From Candidatus Fervidifonticultor quintus (GTDB taxonomy: Bacteria > Sysuimicrobiota > Sysuimicrobiia > Sysuimicrobiales > Humicultoraceae), in NCBI GenBank assembly GCA_031459535.1, contig JAVKIJ010000001.1:68503-132502 (forward strand): a stretch of 64,000 nt of DNA. The letters are read 5' to 3'. A model generated the notes under the pieces. The model was not told where the DNA came from and did not search any database. It saw only the letters and a program-made list of their open reading frames with translations. The translations under genes were made by a program, and so were the position numbers. This document shows, one piece after another, positions 46,610 through 56,334 of this stretch. Position 1 is the stretch's first letter, and the number at the start of each line of letters is the position of its first letter.

Positions 46610-47662
46610 ATGCGCATCGCCCACATGGTTGCGGCCGTGGACGCCCATGCCTGCGGTGAGCCTGGCCGGGTCATCATCGGGGGGGTCCTGGATGTCCCGG
46701 GCGCCACCATGTTCGAGAAGATGCGCCACCTGCAGGCGCATGCCGACGGGCTGCGCAAGCGCATGTTGCGCGAGCCGCGGGGGTATCCGGCGGCCAACTG
46801 CAACATCATCCTGCCGCCCACGCATCCAGACGCCCAGGCCGGTTTCGTCATCATGGAGCAGACCGAGTATCCCGGCATGTCGGGCACCAATACCATCTGC
46901 GTTGCCACGGTGCTGCTCGAGACCGGTATGGTGCCCATGCGTGAGCCGGTCACAGAGCTGACCCTGGAAGCGCCGGCCGGGTTGATCCGGGTGCGGGCCG
47001 ACTGCGCCGGCGGCAAGGTCCGCCGCGTCACGTTTCAGAACGTGCCTGCCTTCGCGGTGTACCTGGATCGGCCCGTCGAGGTCCCACGGCTTGGGACGGT
47101 CGTCGTGGATGTGGCCTACGGGGGGATGTTCTACGTCATGGCGGACGCTGCGGCCTTTGGCCTGCGGCTTGCGCCCGACGAGGGACGCGACATCGTGCGG
47201 ATCGGCGAGATGGTGAAGGCGGCGGCGCGGGAGCAACTGCCGGTCCGGCATCCGGAGCAGCCGGAGTTTGAGGGCCCCACGATCGCCCTGCTCTCCGGGC
47301 CACCGTCGCGTCCCGACGCGCACCTGAAGAACGCCGTGGTGGTCTCTACGGGCCGGCTCGACTGGGATCGGCCGAGCACCTGGACCGGCGCCATCGACCG
47401 CTCTCCGTGCGGGACCGGCACCTGCGCCAAGATGGCGGCGCTGCACGCCAAGGGTCGGCTGGGGCTACACGAGGACTTCCGGCACGAGGGGATCCTGGGG
47501 ACGGTGTTCGAGGGGCGGCTGATCGGCGAAACCAGCGTCGGCGCCTATCGGGCCGTCATCCCCACCCTGGGCGGGCAGGCGTGGATCACGGGGTTCGCCA
47601 CCTACGTCCTCGATGCGGAGGATCCGTTCCCGGAGGGATTCACGGTAGGGGACATCTGGTGA
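46610..47662 (+). CDS. Proline racemase superfamily protein (Ser/Cys dyad)
   Basis: DAHACGEP, EPRG, MSGTN, DVAYGG, DRSPCGTG, DPFPEGF. Confidence 0.9.
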   Translation: MRIAHMVAAVDAHACGEPGRVIIGGVLDVPGATMFEKMRHLQAHADGLRKRMLREPRGYPAANCNIILPPTHPDAQAGFVIMEQTEYPGMSGTNTICVATVLLETGMVPMREPVTELTLEAPAGLIRVRADCAGGKVRRVTFQNVPAFAVYLDRPVEVPRLGTVVVDVAYGGMFYVMADAAAFGLRLAPDEGRDIVRIGEMVKAAAREQLPVRHPEQPEFEGPTIALLSGPPSRPDAHLKNAVVVSTGRLDWDRPSTWTGAIDRSPCGTGTCAKMAALHAKGRLGLHEDFRHEGILGTVFEGRLIGETSVGAYRAVIPTLGGQAWITGFATYVLDAEDPFPEGFTVGDIW

Positions 47663-47733
47663 TGGCCGCAGAGGCTACGGTTCTCTCAACGTCGGGTCGA
47701 GCGTGTCCCGCAGGGCATTTCCGAACAAGTTGA

Positions 47734-48687
47734 AAATATTCCAATCTCGGGTATGCGCTCCTCGGAGAGGTCATTGGAGTGGTGAGCGGACAGCCGTATG
47801 AGCGCTACGTCGAGCGCCAGATCATACGGCGGCTGGGCCTGACCCACACGAGCCCCACCCTCACCCCAGTCGTGCGTCGACGACTAGCGCAGGGATATGG
47901 CAGAGACATGCCTCCGGGGCCACGTGCCACGTTCAGGCAGGTGGAGACCAACGCTCTGGCCGCGGCCACCGGATTCAGTTCCACTGTGCGGGATCTCTGC
48001 GCGTTCATGTCTGCCCACTTTCTGGGGAGCCGCGCACTGCTGTCCGATACGAGCAAACGGGAAATGCAGCGCGTTCACTGGCTGAACCGCACTGCGGAAC
48101 ACCACTATGGCATTGGCACCGAGATCTGGAAGGTCGACGGGAACGTGATCGTGGGCCACGGTGGGGGATTCCCAGGCTTCATCACCAAGATCGGGTGGGA
48201 CCCTGAGAGGAAGATCGGGGTCGCGGTACTCACCAACGCGCTCGACGGGCTGGCCGGCATCTTGGTGAACGGTGTGTTCTCCACGATCTATGAAGTTCTG
48301 CGGCGTGGTGCTGAGTGGCGGACGCCGAGGAAGGCGCCGCTGAACCTGGCCCGGTATGAGGGGCGGTTCTGTTCCCGGTGGTCTGATACGGAGATCGTCC
48401 GTGTCGGGCACCGGTTAGTGGCCTTCGCGCCACAGGGGGAGAAGCCGCTGGCGGAGAGCGCAGTCCTGGAGCCTCTCGGGCGGCATAGGTTCAGAATCAG
48501 TTCGGGAAGCGAGTTCGGTTATCTCGGGGAGCCCGTCACATTCCGGTTTGATGGGCGAGGGCGGCTGAGGGGGCTCTCGTGGGGCCAGCTGCCCCTGAGG
48601 GCCTCCTTCCCGCCCGAGTCCTCGGCGTCCTCGCGGGGAGCACCTATGCCACGGCGGGCCCCCGAACGAGGGAGGGGGCGGCGGTAA
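47734..48687 (+). pseudogene. 5'-truncated beta-lactamase-family serine hydrolase
   Basis: YSNLGYALLG directly after an in-frame TGA (47731-47733); HGGG..GF present; SxxK half absent. Confidence 0.7.
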
Positions 48688-49987
48688 ACTCCAACAGTCC
48701 CTCGCACCACCGCGCCACGTCCAGCAGCCGCGCCTCGGCGTCGGCGCCCGCGGCCAGCTGGATCGCCAGCGGGAGACCAGCTCCGGTCAGCCCACTGGGC
48801 AGCGCGATGGCGGGCTGCCCACCGAAACTCCACGGCGCGCACAGCACCGGATCGCCGGTCGTCTCGAGCCCTCTGGGCGCAGGCGAGGGCGCCACCGGCA
48901 TGAGCAGGGCGTCGAACTGTCGCAGGATCGGAGCCATCTCGTCTCGGAACTGCGCGCGGGTCCGCTGGGCGGCCACGTAGTCCACCGCACGCTCGCCCAG
49001 CCCCGATTCCACCAGTCCGCGAATGCGCGGGGGGTAGGTGTCCCGATGCGCGGCGAACTGCCCGGCATGGTACGCCGCGGCCTCGACGCGCAGGACGAGC
49101 TGCCCGGCCGCATGCAACGCCGCCGCGCCGCGAGGCACGGCGACGTCGTCCACCGTGGCGCCCGCGCGCGCCAGGCGCTCCGCCACCGCTTCCACGTGGG
49201 CCGTGACCTCGGGTGTGGCGACGCCGACAAACAGCGCCCGCGGGATCCCCAAACGGGGCGGCCGCCGGTCGCCGCCCGTCGCGGCACGAGCGGGGTCGGC
49301 CAGCACCGCCAGGGCCAGGGCTGCGTCCTCGACGTCCCGGGCCAGGATGCCCACGTGATCGAGGCTCCACGCCAGGGGGGTGACGCCCATGGCGCTGATG
49401 ACGCCGTAGGTCGCCTTCAGCCCGACGATGCCACAGTAGGCCGCCGGACGCAGGGTCGAGCCGATGGTCTGAGAACCGAGCGCGAGCGGGACCATGTGTG
49501 AGGCGACCGCAGCCGCCGAACCGCTGGACGACCCTCCGGGCGTGTGCTCGAGGTTCCAGGGGTTGCGGGTGCCGGTGGGATCGGCGTACGCGAACGCCGT
49601 GGTGGTGGTCTTGCCGATGATGATGGCACCCGCGCCCCGCAAGCGCGCCACGGCTGCGGCATCGGCAGCGGGCAGCCGGTGCGCAAACGCCGGCGCGCCA
49701 GAAGTGGTCACCATCCCGGCGACGTCGAAGATGTCCTTCACGCCGACCGGGACGCCGTGCAGGGGTCCGCGGAACCTTCCTGTCCTGGCCTCGGCCTCCA
49801 TGGCGCGGGCGGCCTCCAGCGCGCCGGAGCGGTCGATGTGCACCCACGCGCCGACGGATCCCTCGAGCTGGTCGATGCGGGCCAGGTGGGCTTCCAGCAC
49901 CGCCACCGGTGACAGCTCGCGCCGCCGGATGGCCCGGGCCATGGCCCGGGCCGAAAGGTCGGTGATCGGCGTCATCGCTTCCGCCAT
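48644..49987 (-). CDS. Amidase signature family protein
   Basis: GVKD, GKT, PGGSSSGSAAAV, GSQTIGSTLRPAAYCG. Confidence 0.93.
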   Translation of the reverse strand: MAEAMTPITDLSARAMARAIRRRELSPVAVLEAHLARIDQLEGSVGAWVHIDRSGALEAARAMEAEARTGRFRGPLHGVPVGVKDIFDVAGMVTTSGAPAFAHRLPAADAAAVARLRGAGAIIIGKTTTTAFAYADPTGTRNPWNLEHTPGGSSSGSAAAVASHMVPLALGSQTIGSTLRPAAYCGIVGLKATYGVISAMGVTPLAWSLDHVGILARDVEDAALALAVLADPARAATGGDRRPPRLGIPRALFVGVATPEVTAHVEAVAERLARAGATVDDVAVPRGAAALHAAGQLVLRVEAAAYHAGQFAAHRDTYPPRIRGLVESGLGERAVDYVAAQRTRAQFRDEMAPILRQFDALLMPVAPSPAPRGLETTGDPVLCAPWSFGGQPAIALPSGLTGAGLPLAIQLAAGADAEARLLDVARWCEGLLEFTAAPSLVRGPAVA

Positions 49988-49988
49988 G

Positions 49989-50450
49989 TCATGATTCCTC
50001 CCGACGGGGCTCTTCTCTCGGCGTCCACGTCCGATCCCGCTCGATGATGTGCACCGCGCGCCAGCCACGCGCCTCCAGGGCCCTGGCGATGAACCGGCGG
50101 TGGCAGCGCCACGGCAGCCGTTCGCTGCAGATGATGGCGCCCCGCTGCTGGCGCAGCAGCGGCTCGATCTGGTCGAGCCCACCCTGGAACAGGCGCGTGG
50201 TCATGTGGGCTTCGTACCCGCCGTGGCGGTATCCTCCCAGGCTCTCGCCCATCCAGAGGTAGCGCATGCCCCGGTCACGGGCCGCGGCTGCCAGTGAGGG
50301 CTGGGTGAACTGCGGATACCGGCGGCTCGTGGGAAACCGCCGAGCGTCCACGACCAGCTCGATGCCGTAGGCCGCCAGCAGGTCGAGGAACTCCTCCAGT
50401 GTGCGCGTGCTCGTCCCTGCGGTGTAGACCACGTCCGACTCGTCCGCCAT
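49989..50450 (-). CDS. DUF488 family protein
   Basis: YTAGTS, VDARRFPTS, LGG.R, CSE..PWRCHR. Confidence 0.85.
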   Translation of the reverse strand: MADESDVVYTAGTSTRTLEEFLDLLAAYGIELVVDARRFPTSRRYPQFTQPSLAAAARDRGMRYLWMGESLGGYRHGGYEAHMTTRLFQGGLDQIEPLLRQQRGAIICSERLPWRCHRRFIARALEARGWRAVHIIERDRTWTPREEPRREES

Positions 50451-50533
50451 GCGCTGTAGCGATCATTCGACCACGGGGCGAGTGTGCCTGCGGCCGGCCG
50501 CGGGTCGCGACAGGAGGTAGAATAGAGAGAACC

Positions 50534-52114
50534 GTGACGTTCGCCGAATTTGCTGCCCTGTGCCGAGACCTGGCTGCGACACGCAGCCGCCTGGCCAAGA
50601 TCGACCGGACCGCCCACTTCCTCAGGCGGCTGGCGCCGGAGGAAGTCGGCATTGCCGTGGCGTTTCTGACCGCGCGGCCGTTTCCCGCCTCAGACCCGCG
50701 GGTCGCAGAAGTCAGTTTCGCCACGCTGTCGAGCATCCTGGAATCAGCCGGCCCGCCGGCGGCGGCCTCCAATCTGTCGCTGCTCGACGTAGGGCAGGCG
50801 TTCGCGGATATCGCGGCCGCGTCTGGGCCAGGGTCCAGACGGGCCAAGGCCGAACGGCTCTCGACCCTCCTCCGACGGGCCACCGCGGATGAGCGGCAGG
50901 TCATCGCCGGCATCCTGCTCGGCGAGATGCGGATCGGCCTCCACGACGGACTCATTCAGGACGCGATCGCCGCTGCCGCCGGTGCGCCCCTCGACCAGGT
51001 ACGCCGCGCCGCGCTGTTCGTCTCCGACCTCTCGGAGGTCGCCCGCATCGCCCTCGGCGAGGGCGGCGACGGGCTCGGGCGCGTGGGCGTCCGCCTGTTC
51101 GTGCCGCTGCTGCCCATGCTGGCCGAGCTCTCGGGGGATTTCGACGAGGTGTTTGCGGCGCACGGCGGCCACACCGCGCTCGAGTTCAAGTACGACGGTG
51201 CACGCATCCAGATCCACAAACAGGGTGATCTGGTGCGCATCTGGAGCCGCCGCCTGACCGAGGTGACCGCCAGTCTGCCGGAGGTGGTAGACATCGTGCG
51301 GCACAAGCTCCGGGCGCAGACCGCGATCCTGGACGGCGAGGTCGTCGCCGCGGGTCCCGACGGACGGCCGCTGCCGTTTCAAGAGTTGATGCGCCGGTTC
51401 CGTCGCGTCCACGAGGTCGAACAGCTTGCAGGCCAAGTTCCCCTGGTCCTGTATCTGTTCGACTGCCTGCTGATCGATGGCCGGTCGTTGATCGATCAGC
51501 CGTACGAGGCCCGCTGGGCCGCGCTGGAGCGTGCCACCGGTGGCGCGCACCTGGCCCGCCGTATCGTCACCGGCGATGCGGCCACCGCGCAGGCCTTCCT
51601 GCGCGAGGCCCTGGCTGCCGGACACGAGGGCGTGATGGCGAAGGAGTTGGACAGCCCCTACGCCCCGGGTAGCCGCGGCAAGCGCTGGTTCAAGATCAAG
51701 CCGGCCGACACCATTGACTGCGTCATCATCGCCGCGGACTGGGGATCGGGCCGGCGCCGTGGCTGGTTGTCGAACTACCATCTCGCCGTACGTGACGGCG
51801 ACGACGGGTTCGCGCCGGTGGGCAAGACCTTCAAGGGGCTCACCGACGAGGAGTTCCGGGCCATGACCGAGCGGTTGCAGGCTTTTCGGGAGAGCGACGA
51901 CGGCTACACGCTGACGGTGCGGCCCCGCATCGTGGTCGAGGTCGCCTACAACGAGATCCAGCGCAGCCCCCAGTACTCATCGGGGTATGCCCTGCGCTTC
52001 GCGCGCATCGTGCGCATCCGCGAGGACAAGAACCCGCAGCAGGCCACGTCCCTGGCGGAACTGCACGCGCTGTATGAGGGGCAATTTGCTGCAAAGAGCC
52101 GACCGGATGCGTGA
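50534..52114 (+). CDS. ATP-dependent DNA ligase (LigB/archaeal type)
   Basis: EFKYDG, LDGE, LFD, EGVMAK, WFKIK, VGKTFKG, LRFAR. Confidence 0.93.
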   Translation: MTFAEFAALCRDLAATRSRLAKIDRTAHFLRRLAPEEVGIAVAFLTARPFPASDPRVAEVSFATLSSILESAGPPAAASNLSLLDVGQAFADIAAASGPGSRRAKAERLSTLLRRATADERQVIAGILLGEMRIGLHDGLIQDAIAAAAGAPLDQVRRAALFVSDLSEVARIALGEGGDGLGRVGVRLFVPLLPMLAELSGDFDEVFAAHGGHTALEFKYDGARIQIHKQGDLVRIWSRRLTEVTASLPEVVDIVRHKLRAQTAILDGEVVAAGPDGRPLPFQELMRRFRRVHEVEQLAGQVPLVLYLFDCLLIDGRSLIDQPYEARWAALERATGGAHLARRIVTGDAATAQAFLREALAAGHEGVMAKELDSPYAPGSRGKRWFKIKPADTIDCVIIAADWGSGRRRGWLSNYHLAVRDGDDGFAPVGKTFKGLTDEEFRAMTERLQAFRESDDGYTLTVRPRIVVEVAYNEIQRSPQYSSGYALRFARIVRIREDKNPQQATSLAELHALYEGQFAAKSRPDA

Positions 52115-53711
52115 TCGCATGCGACCGGGCAAAGCGCCCTCGGGCTTGGCGCGCGCCGCCTGTGGCGTCGTGGTCGGCCTGATCGTCGCGGCGGTGGGCG
52201 TGGGATCGGCCGCGGGCCAGGCGTCGCTGCTCAGGCTCACCTGGTGGACCGATGTGGGCTTTCCGACCCCGTTCGCCTTCTCGACACTGGGGCCGGCGGG
52301 GGTGGTGCGGCTCTCGCTCCTCTACGACACGCTGGTCTGGAAGGACGAGCGAGGCCTCATCCCGTGGCTGGCCGGGGCCTGGCGCACCAGCGCAGAGGGC
52401 CTCGCCTACGTGTTCACCCTCCAGTCGCCGGTCGCCTGGCACGACGGCCGGCCGCTGACCGCACACGATGTCCGGTTCTCCTTTGAGTACTACCGCCGGT
52501 ATCCGTTCCGCTGGGTGGACCTCTCGGTGGTGCGGGGGGTCGAGGTGCGCGACCGGCGGACCGCCGTGGTCCACCTGAGGCAGCCGTTCGCGCCATTCCT
52601 GGAAAACATTGCGGGCGTGGTGCCCGTGGTCCCGCAGCACATCTGGCAGGGCGTCGCACGCCCGGCGCAGGAACAGCACGTCGCGGTCGCGGTCGGGTCG
52701 GGACCGTACCGGCTCGTCGACTACCGGCCCGAATCAGGCGCCTACCGGTTTGCGGCCTTTGACGGCTACTTCAGGGGTCGGCCGCGCACCGACGAGATTC
52801 ACTACACCGTGACGCCGACCGAACGGCAGGTGCTCGCCGTGCAGACCGGCCAGGTGGACGCGGCCATGGCCACCACGTACGACGTGGCGCGGGCCTTCGC
52901 CGGACACCCCTACCTGCGGGTCCTGGAGACGGAGCCACTGTCGATCGCGCGCCTGCTGTTCAATCTGGAGCAGACACCGACCAGCGCGCGGCCGTTTCGG
53001 CAGGCCGTCGCGCACGCGCTGGATCGCCGCCGCATCGCCGAGACCATCACTCGGGGGCCGGCGCCCTCCGGCAGTGCCGGCGTGATCCCACCCGGCGATC
53101 CCTGGTACAGCGAGCGGGTGCGGTCGTATCCCTACGATCCTGCCCGCGCCCGGGTGTTGCTGGAAGAGGCCGGCTACACCGACCGCAATGGCGACGGGTG
53201 GCTGGAGGGTCGTGACGGCGTGCGCCTGCAGGTGGAGCTGGTGTCGACCGCGGCCCGCGACGTAGAGCTCATCCAGCAGATGCTGAGGGAGGTGGGCATC
53301 GATGTCCGCATCCGCACCGTGGATGCGGCCACCCGCGCGCAGCTTGGCAGCGAGGGGCGCTTCCAGATGATGCTGACGACGCACGTGGGCAGCGGCGGCG
53401 ATCCGGACTACCTGCGTACCTGGTTCGTCGGTGAGGACGCCAACCAGTTCGCCCAGGGGAGCAGGATGCGGTCGCCGGAATACCAGCGGCTGGCCCGCCT
53501 GCAGCTCCGGGTCCTCGACCGAGAGGAACGTCGCCGGCTGATCGAGCGGATGCAGATCATGCTCAGCGAGGAACTCCCCACACTACCTCTGTACTACCGC
53601 CGGTTCTTCTGGATCTATGACAGCCGGAAGTTCGCACCTATTGCAACGCGCGGCGGCCTGATGAACGGTCTCCCGTTGATCGAGAACAAGCTGGCGTTTC
53701 TGCCGCGCTGA
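52107..53711 (+). CDS. Peptide/nickel ABC substrate-binding protein
   Basis: LYDTLV, WHDGRPLTAHDV, GSGPY, FRQAVAHALDR, DRNGDG. Confidence 0.88.
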   Translation: MRDRMRPGKAPSGLARAACGVVVGLIVAAVGVGSAAGQASLLRLTWWTDVGFPTPFAFSTLGPAGVVRLSLLYDTLVWKDERGLIPWLAGAWRTSAEGLAYVFTLQSPVAWHDGRPLTAHDVRFSFEYYRRYPFRWVDLSVVRGVEVRDRRTAVVHLRQPFAPFLENIAGVVPVVPQHIWQGVARPAQEQHVAVAVGSGPYRLVDYRPESGAYRFAAFDGYFRGRPRTDEIHYTVTPTERQVLAVQTGQVDAAMATTYDVARAFAGHPYLRVLETEPLSIARLLFNLEQTPTSARPFRQAVAHALDRRRIAETITRGPAPSGSAGVIPPGDPWYSERVRSYPYDPARARVLLEEAGYTDRNGDGWLEGRDGVRLQVELVSTAARDVELIQQMLREVGIDVRIRTVDAATRAQLGSEGRFQMMLTTHVGSGGDPDYLRTWFVGEDANQFAQGSRMRSPEYQRLARLQLRVLDREERRRLIERMQIMLSEELPTLPLYYRRFFWIYDSRKFAPIATRGGLMNGLPLIENKLAFLPR

Positions 53712-53716
53712 CCGTG

Positions 53717-54706
53717 ATGACCACCGCGGTCCGGAGCCATCTTGTCCGCTTCACGATCCTGCTGGCCACCGTAGTGGTGGTGAACTTCCTGCTGCCGCGC
53801 TTGCTGCCCGGCAGCCCCCTCAGCGGGGCGGCGGGAGAGGGGGCCGTGGCGTTTCTCCCGTCTGGGGCCCTGGCGGAGATCCGCCGCGCATACGGTCTGG
53901 ATCAGCCGCTTGCCGCGCAGTTCGTGCGGTATCTGGACGGGTTGCGGCGCGGCGATCTGGGCCGGTCGCTGGCGACGCACCGGCCGGTTGCGACCATGGT
54001 CGGCGAGCGGCTGCCCTGGACTCTGGGCTTGTTGGGCGGCACCGTGCTGCTGGCCGCGGCGATCGGGGCGGTCCTGGGAACGGTGGCCGCCTGGCGACCA
54101 CACGGTTGGAAGGCCCGCCTGGCCGAGCCGGTCGTGGTGGGGGTCGGCGCGCTGCCCGAGTTCCTGGTCGCCATGGCGCTGATCGTGGGCCTGGGGACAG
54201 GGTTGAAGCTGTTTCCCGTGGGTGGGGCCACCGCGCCGTTCCTGACCCCGGCCGGCGCTGCGGGCTGGCTGCGCGCCCTGGGGGACGTCCTGGCTCACGC
54301 GGCGCTGCCCGGTGCGACACTGGTGATCGCCCTGGCGCCGGCCTTCTTCCTCCTGTCACGGAACGCGCTCGCCGCCGTGCTCGGCGAGCGGTACCTCCTG
54401 ACCGCGCGAGGGAAGGGACTAGGAGAGGGCCGCATCCTGTGGCACGCCTGGCGCAATGCGATCCCGCCTGTGCTCACGCTGCTGGGCCTGCGCCTGGCGT
54501 TCGCCGTGACCGGCGCGGCGCTGGTGGAGCGCATCTTCGCCTATCCCGGGATCGGCCTGCTGCTGTTCGAGGCCGTGGTCCGACGCGACTACCCGGTCAT
54601 CCAGGGCGTCTTCCTCATCGCCAGCGTGATTATCGTGACCACCAACGTCACCCTGGACCTGGCCGCCGCCTGGCTCGATCCCCGAACCCGGCAGGCGCGA
54701 GAATGA
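53717..54706 (+). CDS. Peptide/nickel ABC permease
   Basis: LPRLLPG, GLDQP, TARGKGL, RDYPVIQG, LDPR. Confidence 0.9.
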   Translation: MTTAVRSHLVRFTILLATVVVVNFLLPRLLPGSPLSGAAGEGAVAFLPSGALAEIRRAYGLDQPLAAQFVRYLDGLRRGDLGRSLATHRPVATMVGERLPWTLGLLGGTVLLAAAIGAVLGTVAAWRPHGWKARLAEPVVVGVGALPEFLVAMALIVGLGTGLKLFPVGGATAPFLTPAGAAGWLRALGDVLAHAALPGATLVIALAPAFFLLSRNALAAVLGERYLLTARGKGLGEGRILWHAWRNAIPPVLTLLGLRLAFAVTGAALVERIFAYPGIGLLLFEAVVRRDYPVIQGVFLIASVIIVTTNVTLDLAAAWLDPRTRQARE

Positions 54707-55548
54707 GACGGCAGGTGCGCCGGCGACTGCCGCCCTCGACCCTGATCGGCGGCCTGGTGCTGGGGATGGTGCTCGCCCTGGCGACGGCGGCCGGCATCGT
54801 GGCGCCGTACGCCCCGCGGGCGATCACCGGCGCGCCGATCGAAGGGCCGTCGGCCGCACACCGCCTCGGGACCAATGACCTGGGCCAGGATCTGCTGAGC
54901 CTCGTGCTGCACGGCGCCAGGTTCTCGTTGACAGTGGGGGTGGCAGCTGCCCTGGTCTCGACCGGCCTCTCGGGGACTGTAGGGGTCCTCTCGGTGCTCT
55001 GGCGTCGGGCGCGGTGGGCGCTGCTGGCGATGACAGACGGTCTGATGGCGATTCCCCATCTGCCGGTCATGGTCTTGATCGTGGCGCTGCTCGGTCCCGG
55101 GCCCGTCAATCTGGTCGTGGCGCTGGCGGTGCTGGGCTGGCCCGCGTTCGCCCGGGTGGTGCGCGCCCAGACGCTGACGGCGATCCGGCGGGACTACGTA
55201 GAGGCCTCCCGCGCCCAGGGCGCCTCGCAGGCGCGCATCGCCCGGACGTGCGTGCTCCCGGAGATCCTGCCGGTCCTGTGGACCAAGTTCTTGCTCACCC
55301 TTCGGTGGGCGATCTTGATGGAAGCGGTGCTGGCGCTGATGGGGCTGGGCGATCCGACCCAGGTGAGTTGGGGGATGATCCTGCAGACGGCGTTCGCCTA
55401 CCCCCTGTTGTTTGCCGGGACGGCGTGGGCGTGGTGGGCACTGCCGCCGGCGCTGGCCATCGCCGCCATCACCCTGGCGCTCTCGGCGATCGGACGGGAT
55501 TTCGAGGCGTGGCTCAATCCCGGTCCGCGGCATACGGGAAGCGGGTAA
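54703..55548 (+). CDS. Peptide/nickel ABC permease
   Basis: HRLGTNDLGQD, YVEASRAQGA, SWGMIL. Confidence 0.9.
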   Translation: MRRQVRRRLPPSTLIGGLVLGMVLALATAAGIVAPYAPRAITGAPIEGPSAAHRLGTNDLGQDLLSLVLHGARFSLTVGVAAALVSTGLSGTVGVLSVLWRRARWALLAMTDGLMAIPHLPVMVLIVALLGPGPVNLVVALAVLGWPAFARVVRAQTLTAIRRDYVEASRAQGASQARIARTCVLPEILPVLWTKFLLTLRWAILMEAVLALMGLGDPTQVSWGMILQTAFAYPLLFAGTAWAWWALPPALAIAAITLALSAIGRDFEAWLNPGPRHTGSG

Positions 55549-55610
55549 GCCGGGGATCCCAGTTACCCGCCTCCCGTGCCCGGCGTCGCGCGAGCGGTGC
55601 CCGGGCGTCC

Positions 55611-56108
55611 TCAGCGAATCTGGCCGCGGATCTCACCGCCAGGGAACTGGGTCGTGTGCACGTTTACGTACGCCGTCCCGTTGTTGAACCCGTTGATGAG
55701 GGCGGCAAACGGTTGGCCCTGCAGGGGACCGGTGAAGTTGGCGGTCGTGATCGTGCCCTGGCCGATGAACCCGCTCACTGTGCCGGAGATCAACCGAGCC
55801 GGTGGGGCGGGTGGGTACAGCCAGACCGCGATCGGGCCGTTCTGGCCCGCGGCGCCGATGTGGATGTGTGCCATCTGTACGTTCTGGATGTTGTCCACGA
55901 ACAGGTAGTACTGGAGCGCGTTACCGGCCGGTGCCAGCTCGAACGACGCGAAGCCGGTCCCCCTCGAGGCGGTTCGCGGAACCTGCTCATCGCCCGAGAG
56001 CGGCGCGTACCATGTGGTACGCGCCTGGCCGGTGGCCACGCCCGCCGGCGCCAGCATGACCGCCGGGAGCGCCACAGCCAGCATGACGCACAACCCCACA
56101 GTCCTCAT
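55611..56108 (-). CDS. Secreted CHRD-domain protein
   Basis: LSGDEQVP, AHIH, YVNVHT..FPGGEIRGQ. Confidence 0.9.
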   Translation of the reverse strand: MRTVGLCVMLAVALPAVMLAPAGVATGQARTTWYAPLSGDEQVPRTASRGTGFASFELAPAGNALQYYLFVDNIQNVQMAHIHIGAAGQNGPIAVWLYPPAPPARLISGTVSGFIGQGTITTANFTGPLQGQPFAALINGFNNGTAYVNVHTTQFPGGEIRGQIR

Positions 56109-56334
56109 TACATCGCCTCCGTGATTGTGGATTGGACGTCCCCGCAATAGTACCGAGGGCATCCGTATCGTCCCCGCTGTACGGTACCCGGGAATTGTCA
56201 CCGCACGGTAACGGCGCTCGCCAGAACACTCCCAGGCGGCGGCGTCCCAGGGGGATTCGCGGCACCGGTTGGAGAATCGGTGTGAGCATCGGTGTTCGCC
56301 CTGGTGTTTGCCTGCCGACGAACGGAGATGCCAC

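Noticed and set aside
47731-47733. In-frame TGA before the serine hydrolase YSN motif as selenocysteine or recoding
   Set aside because: Read-through adds only 23 codons and does not restore the SxxK motif; there is no convincing SECIS; an aromatic residue is usual at this position
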